NCBI GenBank assembly: GCA_963696385.1
Contig: CAVOKF010000007.1
Span: 896,001 to 960,000, forward strand
Direction of reading: 5' to 3'
Source of the DNA: an uncultured delta proteobacterium
GTDB taxonomy: Bacteria > Myxococcota_A > Polyangia > Polyangiales > Polyangiaceae
DNA length: 64,000 nucleotides
In this document: piece by piece, positions 19,979-29,177 of the stretch
Layout: each line of letters starts with the position of its first letter
How positions within the stretch are numbered: the first letter of the stretch is position 1
Notes under the pieces: generated by a model
What the model was told of the DNA's origin: nothing
Database searches by the model: none
What the model saw: only the letters and a program-made list of their open reading frames with translations
Program-made: the position numbers and the translations under genes

Positions 19979-21205
19979 ATGCTTGGCATTCGGTTGCGTC
20001 GACGGCGAAGCACGGTTACGGTTGGGCTCCTGATTCGCATCCCCGGAGCCACCGCGAGTGCAGCGACGGCGGTGCTCGCGATGATGCTCTTCGGAGGTCG
20101 AAGCGCGCGCGCAGAGCCTCCGCAGTGGCACTTGGAGGTCGGGGGAGTCGATCCGCTGGGGGACCCTCAGGGGCATGAATACGGTTTGGGCACGAGCGGG
20201 CGATTCGCGCTCGAAGTCCCGGTGAGCCGCGCGTTCGGGCCCGAAGTCCAGGTGGGCGGGCTGTGGCTACCGCACACGAACGCGCCGGTGGATCCGTCGA
20301 TTGCCAACCACGGCGACGGCACGGCGCTGCTCGTGTCGGTCGGGGTCCGGGTTCGTCCATTCGCGGAAGTCGCGGGCCCGTGGGCCGATCTGAGCGCCGG
20401 ATACGTCAGGACCGGACCCCTCGATCGGCTCGGGGTCGACGTGAACATCGGTTACGACTGGCGCATCGGCAGAGGTCGCTGGGACCTCGGTCCGTACGTA
20501 GGTTACTTTCAGATTGTCCAGCCGGACGACACGCTGCGGCCCCAAGACGCTCGGATGCTGTCGGGCGGCATCCATGTGGCGCTTGGCGCTTCGCCGCGGC
20601 CCCGCATCGAGGTCTCGTACGTGGAGCCGCCCCCTGCTCCCCCGCCGCTGCCGCCGCCACCACCGCCGCCACCGCCGCCCGACCGAGACAACGACACCGT
20701 TCTCGATATCGACGACGCCTGTCCGGACGTGCCGGGAGTGCGCACCGACGATCCCAAAACGAACGGCTGCCCGCCCGCCGGCGATCAGGTTCACGTCGTC
20801 GAAGATCGAATCGAATACGACGACGTCATTCACTTCGACACGGACCAGGCGCACGTCCACCGCGCGTCGTGGCCGATCCTCGAACGGCTCGCCCATTTCA
20901 TCCATGCCAACCCCGATATCGAGCAGGTCGACATCACGGGGCACGCCGACGAACGCGGCGCAGAAGAGTACAACATTCGCCTCTCGAAAGACCGCGCTGA
21001 AGCCGTGAAGGCACTGCTCGTTCGGTTCGGGGTCGAGGACCAGCGGGTAACCACCGTCGGTTATGGCAATACCCGTCCCCGGGTCCCGGGCCATAGTGAA
21101 AACGAATGGCGACAGAATCGTCGGGTCGAGTTCATCATTACGAAGGTGAGAAACGTTCGGGGCGGCACGACCTCGTTGCCGCAAACACCAGGCGAACACC
21201 GGTGA
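19979..21205 (+). CDS. OmpA family protein: N-terminal beta-barrel, poly-Pro linker, TSP3-like Ca-binding repeat, OmpA C-terminal domain
   Basis: DRDNDTVLDIDDACPD, ITGHADERG, NIRLSKDRAEAV, QNRRVEF; start uncertain (19979-20081). Confidence 0.88.
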   Translation: MLGIRLRRRRSTVTVGLLIRIPGATASAATAVLAMMLFGGRSARAEPPQWHLEVGGVDPLGDPQGHEYGLGTSGRFALEVPVSRAFGPEVQVGGLWLPHTNAPVDPSIANHGDGTALLVSVGVRVRPFAEVAGPWADLSAGYVRTGPLDRLGVDVNIGYDWRIGRGRWDLGPYVGYFQIVQPDDTLRPQDARMLSGGIHVALGASPRPRIEVSYVEPPPAPPPLPPPPPPPPPPDRDNDTVLDIDDACPDVPGVRTDDPKTNGCPPAGDQVHVVEDRIEYDDVIHFDTDQAHVHRASWPILERLAHFIHANPDIEQVDITGHADERGAEEYNIRLSKDRAEAVKALLVRFGVEDQRVTTVGYGNTRPRVPGHSENEWRQNRRVEFIITKVRNVRGGTTSLPQTPGEHR

Positions 21206-22746
21206 CGGCGGTGGGACACGTGCGGGGTGGGTCGTTCGCGTTCGCGTGCATCGTCGCGGCGGCTCTTTTCGCGGTGGGATGCGGAACCAGCAACGCACTC
21301 GTGGGGGGATCCTGCGCGGCCGGATACGACCTGTGTGGCCTCCAATGCGTCGACCTCCAGACCGATCCTCGGCACTGCGGGGAGTGCGATTGGGCGTGCT
21401 CATCCGGCATTCCGTGCGCATGGGGCGAGTGCGCGACCGTGGCCGCGGACTCGTCGGTCGAGAACGGGGGCGATGGCAGCCCCTCCGAGGATGCTTCCGG
21501 TGAGAGTCCCGACGCACCGGAGGATGAATCGGCCTATTCCGAATCGTCGCCAAGCGATGCCTACGCGACGACCGCGGACGGGGCGGTCAACGACTCGCCG
21601 GAAGAAGGACTTGCCGGCGACGGCGGGCAAGACGGCTTTGCCCTCGATGCGTCGCTCGGGGACTCGAATGGGGATGCCCCGGCGAATGCCAGCGACGGAG
21701 CGTCGGTCGACGCAACGGCGACGGACGCCTCGACCGCAGAGGCCTCGGTCGACAGAACGGCGTCGGACGCCTCGACCGCAGAGGCCTCGGTCGACGCAAC
21801 CACGACGGACACTTCCACCGAGGACGCCCCAAGCCTCGACTCCGAAGCCTGCCTTCCGCCGTTCAACAGCCCCGCGCAGTGCGGCGATTGCACGACCGTG
21901 TGCGGCGGTGCCGCACCGGTATGTGCACCGCTCGATGGCACCTTCGGCTGCGTTTCATCCTGCGACGAATGGACCGCTTGCAATGGCTCGTGCGTCGACA
22001 CGACGACCGACCCGCTCAACTGCGGAGCTTGCGGCGTCGCCTGCGAGTCGCTGCTTTGTGCCGCTTCCCAATGCGTAGGGTCCACGCCCGGAGGCGTTGT
22101 CCTCATCGGGCACGACTACGCGACCACGCAGCCGGGAACGGCCCAGGCGCGGGTGCTGTCGAACGCGGTCTTCTTGGCGCAAAATAGCCCTTTGCACGTG
22201 CTCACCTACGAGCGTTACGCCGATCCTAGCGCAGCTGCGCACGTCGACGCGATCCTCAACGCGGCCGCGGCGCAATTCGGCCGGGCATTCTCGACGACCC
22301 ACACGAGCGCCGATTCGGACGTGACCGACACCCTCACGATCGAGAATTACGGAGTGCTGCTCGTCCCCGATCAAGTCAACGCTCTCGGGGAGGTGGATCT
22401 CGGCGCCCTGGGGGCGACTTGGGAGCCGACGCTGACGGCGTTCACGGGCTCAGGCGGGATCGTCGTGGTTCTCGACGGCGGAACGGGAGCCGCCCAGATG
22501 CCGGCGTTCGTGACCAGCGCGGGGTTGCTTAGCGTGACCGGCCAGGCCCCCCTGGCGGCGGGCACCAGCCTTGCCGTATTTGCCCCTACCGATGCCGTGA
22601 GTCTCGGCGTCGTGAGCCCGTACGCGGCCGGAGCCAACTCGGTCGCGCTGTCGACCGAGGCCAACGGAGGTCAGGTGATCTACGTCGTCGTGCCATCGTC
22701 GGACGGAGGTGCCGCGACACCGGTCGTCATCCGCAAAGTGCTCTGA
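21202..22746 (+). CDS. Cys-rich lipoprotein with DPxxCGxC repeats and acidic linker
   Basis: GTGA overlap with the ompA stop; lipobox FAVGC; DPRHCGECDWAC, SPAQCGDCTTVC, DPLNCGACGVAC. Confidence 0.78.
   Translation: MTAVGHVRGGSFAFACIVAAALFAVGCGTSNALVGGSCAAGYDLCGLQCVDLQTDPRHCGECDWACSSGIPCAWGECATVAADSSVENGGDGSPSEDASGESPDAPEDESAYSESSPSDAYATTADGAVNDSPEEGLAGDGGQDGFALDASLGDSNGDAPANASDGASVDATATDASTAEASVDRTASDASTAEASVDATTTDTSTEDAPSLDSEACLPPFNSPAQCGDCTTVCGGAAPVCAPLDGTFGCVSSCDEWTACNGSCVDTTTDPLNCGACGVACESLLCAASQCVGSTPGGVVLIGHDYATTQPGTAQARVLSNAVFLAQNSPLHVLTYERYADPSAAAHVDAILNAAAAQFGRAFSTTHTSADSDVTDTLTIENYGVLLVPDQVNALGEVDLGALGATWEPTLTAFTGSGGIVVVLDGGTGAAQMPAFVTSAGLLSVTGQAPLAAGTSLAVFAPTDAVSLGVVSPYAAGANSVALSTEANGGQVIYVVVPSSDGGAATPVVIRKVL
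21703..21828. repeat. 42-bp tandem repeat x3 encoding SVDxTxxDASTAEA
   Basis: Units start at 21703, 21745, 21787 (third degenerate). Confidence 0.9.
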
Positions 22747-22904
22747 AGCGATGGTCATCCGCCATGCGGCACCGTGCGATGGCAACACCGTGCGATCGCA
22801 GCAAGGAGGGGGTTTTGGAACCGATGGCGCAGAAGGTGGGCGACGAAGCCGTCGGTCCCCTCAAGTTTCGCGCCGCGCGGTCCGTATCCGTCAGCCGAAG
22901 TCCC

Positions 22905-23177
22905 ATGACACGTCAAATCTGTGTCGACTGCAGTGCATCGCCACCCGACATGGGCGACGGCCATACGACGCTTGCCAGCGCCAGCCCATCGTCCGGCTGG
23001 CGTCTGTCGAAAACGCAGGAACCGGACGGCACGAACTCCGTCGTGTGGCGTTGCCCCGAATGCTGGCTTGCCCACAGACCCCCGCGGATCGAGATTCCCC
23101 GCCCCTCGGCCTGGATGGCTCTCCGAAGGCGAAGCGCCCCCGTCTTGAAGTGGTTTGGGCTCCGACGCGAACCCTGA
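22905..23177 (+). CDS. Small putative zinc-ribbon protein
   Basis: CVDC ... GWRL ... WRCPECW; start may be upstream (22824). Confidence 0.6.
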   Translation: MTRQICVDCSASPPDMGDGHTTLASASPSSGWRLSKTQEPDGTNSVVWRCPECWLAHRPPRIEIPRPSAWMALRRRSAPVLKWFGLRREP

Positions 23178-23185
23178 GACCGGGG

Positions 23186-23302
23186 TGCCCCCCCCTCGCG
23201 GCTGCCGTCGCGCTCGGGCACGGACGGGGCGCCGGATCTCGTGGGGGACGGCTGCCGCGGCGAGCATGTCCCCTCACGACGATCAGGCTTGCGGGGGGGG
23301 CA
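23186..23302. other. Nested stem-loop between convergent genes (terminator, REP-like element or ncRNA)
   Basis: tgcccccccc (23186-23195) pairs with ggggggggca (23293-23302); gatctcgtgggggac (23235-23249) pairs with gtcccctcacgacgatc (23268-23284) with bulges. Confidence 0.5.
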
Positions 23303-23322
23303 ACGGCGCGCAAGCGGGCGGG

Positions 23323-23736
23323 TCACGGCTCGTCGTCCACGTCGTCATCGCTCGGCGCGGGCGGCGCGGGCGGCCCGCCGTCGGCGTGCGCCCCCACGCG
23401 GGTCGCACACCGCGCCCACGCCCGGTCGTCGCAGGGAGGACCCCCGGACGCCATGCACGCCATGACGCGGTCCCCTTGCTTTTCGATGAAGCGGTCGAAG
23501 ACGAGGCGGCAGCCCCGGGCGCATTCATGGGCGCTGCAGGCCGGCGTTTGGGCGGCACATGCTTTCGCACACGTCCGCTCGACGCCCAACGGCGGGGATT
23601 GCACGTCGATCCCTCGGTCCCAAGGCGCGTAGTAGCCGTTGCAGCCATACGCCGACCCCATGAGCAAGACGAGCGCGGCCAAACCCGAGCGCGCAACGAC
23701 GGCGCGCCAAGCCGACGGTTCGGGCGACGCGCTCAT
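23323..23736 (-). CDS. Small Cys-rich lipoprotein
   Basis: Lipobox SAYGC; CAKAC, CSAHECARGC, CDDRAWARC; ATGA overlap with the upstream VKOR gene. Confidence 0.7.
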   Translation of the reverse strand: MSASPEPSAWRAVVARSGLAALVLLMGSAYGCNGYYAPWDRGIDVQSPPLGVERTCAKACAAQTPACSAHECARGCRLVFDRFIEKQGDRVMACMASGGPPCDDRAWARCATRVGAHADGGPPAPPAPSDDDVDDEP

Positions 23737-24770
23737 CCGCCCGTTCGCGCGAGCGCCCTCGCAATCATCCTCTCGAGCACGTCGGACCGTTGCGCACCGA
23801 CGAGCGATTCGCCGTCGATCCAAAGAGTCGGCAGCGCGGCCCCACGCGCCGCCTTGAACTCGGCTCGATCGGCCTCGATGCGCGCGTCGGTGCGCGGATC
23901 GACGATGCAAGCCCGGAACGACTCGAGGGACAAACCAATGCGCGCGGCAATCTCCTCGCAACCCGCCGGAGTGAGGTCGCCTACGGGCGCCGCGAACAGG
24001 GCATCGGCCATCGCATCGCCCTTGCCCAACATGTCGCCGCAACACGCCGAGCGGGCTGCGTCCAGGGCATGGGCGTGCATGCGCAGAGGCACCTGACGGC
24101 GCACGATCCGGACGCGACCGCGGTACTCGTCGAGGACGGGCCGCAGCGCCGCGTGCGTCATTCGACAGAACGGACACTCGAAATCGACGAAGTCGACGAT
24201 CGTCACCTCCCCGGCAGGGGTGCCGGCCATCTCCGCCCGGATCACACCCGGAACGCCCGGCTTCTTCGATCCCGTGACGAACGGAAGGACCCCGGCCGCC
24301 GCCAGCGCGAGCGCACCGACGCACGCCCACGCCGGCGGAGGCGCCGCGGCCGATCTTGCCTTGACCCATCTCCACGCGGAAGCGGCGCCGCATGCCACGC
24401 CGCTCGCATCCGCGATCGAGCAGTAGACGCAGAAATGGCCGAGCGCGATCTGCGCGGAGGCCAAGAGAACGCCGATGGCCGCCGCGACCGTCGAAAGCAC
24501 GGTCTGGCCGACCCGCGCCGTACGACCCGGCAGAAGCGACGCGACGCCGGTGGCGGCGAACCCAACGATTCCGAACAGCGGCGTGGGAACGCCGAACAGT
24601 GCCGCGAACGGCGTGTGCTTGAGGACATCGCAACCGGTCCCTTCGGCGCAAAAGACCGGCACGGGATTGCGGTAGTCGACCGCGAGCATGGCGCTCGCCG
24701 CGAGGCCGATCAGCGAGGGGATGAAGGACGCCGCGACCGCGAAGGCTCCGACCGTGCGATGCGATGGCAT
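23733..24770 (-). CDS. VKOR family protein fused to a DsbA-like thioredoxin domain
   Basis: FCAEGTGCD loop cysteines, HFCVYC, DFVDFECPFC, ALPT (cis-Pro position). Confidence 0.87.
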   Translation of the reverse strand: MPSHRTVGAFAVAASFIPSLIGLAASAMLAVDYRNPVPVFCAEGTGCDVLKHTPFAALFGVPTPLFGIVGFAATGVASLLPGRTARVGQTVLSTVAAAIGVLLASAQIALGHFCVYCSIADASGVACGAASAWRWVKARSAAAPPPAWACVGALALAAAGVLPFVTGSKKPGVPGVIRAEMAGTPAGEVTIVDFVDFECPFCRMTHAALRPVLDEYRGRVRIVRRQVPLRMHAHALDAARSACCGDMLGKGDAMADALFAAPVGDLTPAGCEEIAARIGLSLESFRACIVDPRTDARIEADRAEFKAARGAALPTLWIDGESLVGAQRSDVLERMIARALARTGG

Positions 24771-24853
24771 TCTGAAGACGTTGCTATACCGGAATCGCCC
24801 GGCAATGGGATGCGTCAACCCTGCGCCCATCCATGCTACTGGTCGGCCGGCGT

Positions 24854-27247
24854 ATGGCCACGCAACCCCCGACCCGTGCCGAGATCCTCGAACTGCTTGG
24901 ATCCGAGCCACAACCGTTGCACGCCCGCGAAATTGCGATGCGGTTGCGCGTCTCGGACGTCGATTATCTCACGCTTCAGCGGTTGCTCGATGACCTGAGC
25001 CTCGAAGGGGTTCTGTCCGCCCGCCCCGGGCGACGGTTCAAGCTGACCGCTTCGAGCCACCGATCGCAGAGCTCGGAGCGCGAAGGGCTGCTGTCGGTTC
25101 ATCCGCGGGGATTCGGCTTCGTGGCAAGCCTGGGGACGGCGGGAGACGACGTCTTCATCCCACCCGACTCGATGGGCGGCGCCATGCACGGCGACCGCGT
25201 CCGGGTGCGCGTGCGATCCCGTGGCGCGCGCGGCGCCGAGGGCGAGGTCGTCGCCGTGCTCGGGCGCGGGATGAAACGCGTAGCCGGCACCCTGCGACGC
25301 AAAACCAAGAGCGCCTGGCTCGAACCGGACGATACCCGCATTCGCGGCCCCATCGTTCTGCCGCGCTCGCTCGACGCGAGCGGCCCAGAGGGCAACAGCG
25401 GCAACGACGGCGACGCCGTGATCGTTGCGATCACGCGATGGCCGGATTTCCCCGACGAGGCGCCCGAGGGGAGGATCGAAGTGGTACTCGGTCGACCCGG
25501 GGCGCTGTCGGTCGAGGCCGCGAAGATCCTGGCCCTCGAGAGAATCGACGAATCTCACACCGATCTGGCGATCTCCGAGGCCAATGCCTTCGGTGACGAC
25601 GTCCCCGAGCCTCTGAGGGTCGAGCGCGAAGACCTCCGACACATCCCGCTGCCGACGATCGACCCGGAGGACGCTCGCGATCACGACGACGCCGTGTGGG
25701 TCGAGCGAGCCGACGGTGGCTATCGCGCCTGGATCGCCATCGCCGACGTGAGTGCCTACGTGACGCCGGGCACGGCCATCGACGACGAAGCGAAGGCACG
25801 GGGATTCAGCATCTACCTTCCGGATCGGGCGATTCCGATGCTGCCGCGAGCCTTGTCGGCGGGTCTGTGTTCGCTCCTTCCCGACGTGGACCGGCTGTGT
25901 CTTTGCGTCGAAGTGCAACTCGACGACTCGGGACACGCGAAGTCGAGCCGCATCGTGCGCGGCGTCATGCGCTCGCAGGCGAAGCTCACGTACGGGGGAG
26001 TCGCCCGCGCGCTCGGCCTGTCGAGCGAAGCACAGAGGGAGCCGGCCGCCGACGCGCTGGTCGACGGCCTGCGCGTTGCGCACGAGCTCTCTCTCAAGCT
26101 GCGGGCGCAACGCATGCAGCGAGGCGCGCTCGACTTCGAGCTGCCCGAGGCCAAAGTCGTCCTGGACGAGCAGACGCGGGAGCCGATCGACGTCCAACGG
26201 CGGACCCAGGATCCGGGCGTCAAGAAAGCCTACCAGCTCATCGAAGAGCTCATGCTCCTCGCCAACGAAACGGTTGCCGTCTGGTGCCAACAGCGCGACC
26301 TGCCCACGATCTTTCGGGTACACGCCCCGCCCGACGAGGGCAAGCTCGAGCGCTTCGCGGCTTTGTGCGAATCGCTCGGGATCGACTTCGACCAAGAGGA
26401 CACACGAGACCCGAAGAAGATGAGCGCTCTGCTCAAGTCGTTCTCGCAGCATCCTCTCGCCCCCGTGCTCAACTCGCTCTTGCTCCGCTCGATGAAGCAA
26501 GCGACCTACGACGTAACGAATGTCGGCCATTTCGGGCTCGCGTCGGGCGCCTATTTGCATTTCACGTCGCCCATCCGGAGGTATCCCGATCTCGCCGTTC
26601 ATCGCGTGGTTCACGAGGCGCTCGCGCATCGGAGGCCGCGGCACGACGCCCGCGAGACGTTGGCCGCAGCCGCGCTGGCGTCGAGCATGGCCGAGCGCAG
26701 GGCCATGGAAGTCGAACGAGCGATCGTCGACCTCTACCGCACGTTCATGATGAAAGATCACCTGGGAGAGCCATTCGAGGGAACGGTCACGGGGATGGTG
26801 GGGTCGGGGTTGTTCGTCCAGCTCGACGCGCCGTTCGTCGATGTGCTCATTCGTCTCGAAGACCTCGGGCTCGATCACTGGGAAGTGGACGAGGAGGCCT
26901 TGCGCGTCGTTGCGACCCGATCGGGCGATGTCGTCGGGCTCGGGGACCGCGTGAAAATCGAAGTGATCGACGCGTCGATTCTGCGCAGGACCGTCTACGC
27001 CCGGCGCGTGAGCGACGGGGCGAACGCGGAGCCGCCGCGCAAGCCTCAGGGGCAGCGCTTCGACCCCAAGCCACGAAAGGACCGCGCACACCGTGCGACG
27101 AAGGGCGCGGGCCACGCGGGTGGAGGTCGGCATCGAGCCGAGTCGGCGCCTCGGCCGGGAGGAAAGAGCGCCGCCGCCCCGAAAACCCCGACTGCGAAAC
27201 CGGCGAAAAAGTCGTCCCGCAACGACCGCAGAGGGCGGCGGCGCTAA
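24854..27247 (+). CDS. rnr: Ribonuclease R
   Basis: HPRGFGFV, TIDPEDARDHDDAV, LIEELMLLANE, HFTSPIRRYPDL, S1 domain, basic tail. Confidence 0.93.
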   Translation: MATQPPTRAEILELLGSEPQPLHAREIAMRLRVSDVDYLTLQRLLDDLSLEGVLSARPGRRFKLTASSHRSQSSEREGLLSVHPRGFGFVASLGTAGDDVFIPPDSMGGAMHGDRVRVRVRSRGARGAEGEVVAVLGRGMKRVAGTLRRKTKSAWLEPDDTRIRGPIVLPRSLDASGPEGNSGNDGDAVIVAITRWPDFPDEAPEGRIEVVLGRPGALSVEAAKILALERIDESHTDLAISEANAFGDDVPEPLRVEREDLRHIPLPTIDPEDARDHDDAVWVERADGGYRAWIAIADVSAYVTPGTAIDDEAKARGFSIYLPDRAIPMLPRALSAGLCSLLPDVDRLCLCVEVQLDDSGHAKSSRIVRGVMRSQAKLTYGGVARALGLSSEAQREPAADALVDGLRVAHELSLKLRAQRMQRGALDFELPEAKVVLDEQTREPIDVQRRTQDPGVKKAYQLIEELMLLANETVAVWCQQRDLPTIFRVHAPPDEGKLERFAALCESLGIDFDQEDTRDPKKMSALLKSFSQHPLAPVLNSLLLRSMKQATYDVTNVGHFGLASGAYLHFTSPIRRYPDLAVHRVVHEALAHRRPRHDARETLAAAALASSMAERRAMEVERAIVDLYRTFMMKDHLGEPFEGTVTGMVGSGLFVQLDAPFVDVLIRLEDLGLDHWEVDEEALRVVATRSGDVVGLGDRVKIEVIDASILRRTVYARRVSDGANAEPPRKPQGQRFDPKPRKDRAHRATKGAGHAGGGRHRAESAPRPGGKSAAAPKTPTAKPAKKSSRNDRRGRRR

Positions 27248-27312
27248 CCGCACCGCCCCGGAGCAAAGGGGTCAGGTAGCTGCGCGGACCCGAGGGCCGG
27301 CGCGCCGCCGCG

Positions 27313-28276
27313 TCACAGCTGGATGTCGCGCCGTGGATCTTCGGCCTGGAACGCCGCGAGACGGTCGACGAGTTCGGCGACTTCGGTACCGCCACCGCTC
27401 GGAATTTGCACGAGGAAGTGGACGTACAGAATCCCCCGCATCCCGACCCTTCCGAGCAACCCCCTTGCCACGGAGGCGAACGACCTGCCCGCTCTGCGCC
27501 CGAGCCGGCACCTTCAACGTTACGGCGCCCTCGACCGTTGGCACGCGCACTTTCGCGCCGTGATAGGCCTCCGCGATCGTAATCGGCAGATCGACATGCA
27601 AGTCGTCGTTGTCGCGCCTGAAATGGGCGTGTGGCGTTACGTGCACGGTCAGCATCAAATCGCCGGGAGGACCGCCACTCGACGAAGGAGCGCCTTGGCC
27701 GGCGATTCGCACTCGGCTCCCGTCGCTCGCGCCGGGCGGAATTCGAACCGTAACCGGGGCGGCACCGTGGCCCTGCGTGTGGAGTTCGAGTGTCGTGCCG
27801 CGCAAGGCCGACGCGAAGTCGATCGTGATCTCGCTCTCGAGGTCATGGCCCTTGGCCGGTCCTCGCGCCTTGCGCGATCGACCCATCCAGTCGCCGAACA
27901 CCTCGCCAAAGCCGCCGGCGCCACCGGCGCCTCCGAAGAGATCTTCGAGGTCTACGGTTCCCCCCGAACCGCCCCGATGCGGCCCCGCGCCGCCACGCGG
28001 CTGACGGGCCGACCAATCGCGATAGGCGCGCACTCGGTCGGGGTCGAAGCCTTCGCGAAGCCCCTCTTCCCCGAACTCGTCGTAGAGCTTGCGCTTCTTC
28101 GGATCGCTCAGCACCTCGTAGGCGTGATTCACGTGTTTGAAACGCGCCTCCGCCTTTGCATTGCCGGGATTCTTGTCCGGATGAAGTTGCCCCGCCAGTT
28201 TGCGGTACGTCTTCTTGATGACGTCCGCTTCCGCGTTCTTCGGCACGCCGAGAACGGCGTAGAGGTCATCGGCCAT
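27313..28276 (-). CDS. DnaJ class B / CbpA-like chaperone; apparent frameshift at ~27430
   Basis: J domain with HPD, G/F-rich region, C-terminal domain; removing one base restores [13 protein letters not shown]...DPRRDIQL* ending at 27313. Confidence 0.88.
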
Positions 28277-28390
28277 CGTCGCTCGCTTGGCGAGGGTAAA
28301 TCGCCCGAGCGCACATCGCAATGCGCTCGCGCCCAACGGGCATGAAAGCCCATCGGCGTCCTTTGGGCCGGAGCGCGGCGGGTCGGCCGC

Positions 28391-29101
28391 TCACCGGACG
28401 GCCAGAATTTCCTCCGCTCGCTCGACCGACAGGTAGAGACCTCGGGCGTAGAGCCGGCGACGATCGTGCGGGCCGATGTCCCCCGGACGTCCTTCCGTCG
28501 CGGCGTGCAGAAGGATCGCTGCGGTGACGCTCACGTTCAAGCTCTCCGCGAAACCACGCATGGGCACGGACACTCGGGCCTGGCAGGCGGCCTCCAGTTC
28601 GGTGCCGATGCCCTCGCGCTCGTTGCCGAGCACGAGCGCCAAGCGCGAATATCGCGCGAGCTGGTGCGGCTCGATCTCGCCGCCCGGATGGGCCGCCACC
28701 AGCGGCATTTCGGCCGCACGGGCCCATGCGATCACGAAGTGCGGCGACCCGTGACAGGTGACATCGACCCACTTGTCCGCGCCGCGTGCGACCGACGAGG
28801 CGACGGCGAACGGTACGCCGGGCCGCTCGACGACGTGAAGCTGCTGGATTCCAAACGCCTCGCACGAGCGGAGCACAGCGGCCCCATTGTGGGGATCGTA
28901 CGGTCGGTCGAACACTACGGCGACGCTTCCGAGCCGACGCGCGATCACGTCCAGAAGCCTCGCCCTGCGCAACTCGGTCACCATCGGCTCGAGGATCCGC
29001 GCGACGCGGTCGGGATCGTGAGCGTCCGCGCGGGCGATCCTCGCGTCGAGCGAATCGCTCGCACGGCAACTCGTCGTGACACCGGAAGTGGTGCGCCGCA
29101 T
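28391..29101 (-). CDS. TrmH/SpoU family RNA methyltransferase
   Basis: DPHNGAAVLRSCEAFG, LVLGNEREG, VPMRGFAESLNVSV. Confidence 0.9.
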   Translation of the reverse strand: MRRTTSGVTTSCRASDSLDARIARADAHDPDRVARILEPMVTELRRARLLDVIARRLGSVAVVFDRPYDPHNGAAVLRSCEAFGIQQLHVVERPGVPFAVASSVARGADKWVDVTCHGSPHFVIAWARAAEMPLVAAHPGGEIEPHQLARYSRLALVLGNEREGIGTELEAACQARVSVPMRGFAESLNVSVTAAILLHAATEGRPGDIGPHDRRRLYARGLYLSVERAEEILAVR

Positions 29102-29177
29102 CGGACCGGTATAAACCCAAGTCATCGCGCGCGCTTCTGCCCGCGTTCCTCCCCGCCCTGCCGCGTCTCACACGGCC

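Noticed and set aside
24836..27253. 805-aa antisense ORF over rnr, and many similar long shadow ORFs
   Set aside because: Expected in high-GC DNA with strong codon bias; no recognisable motifs
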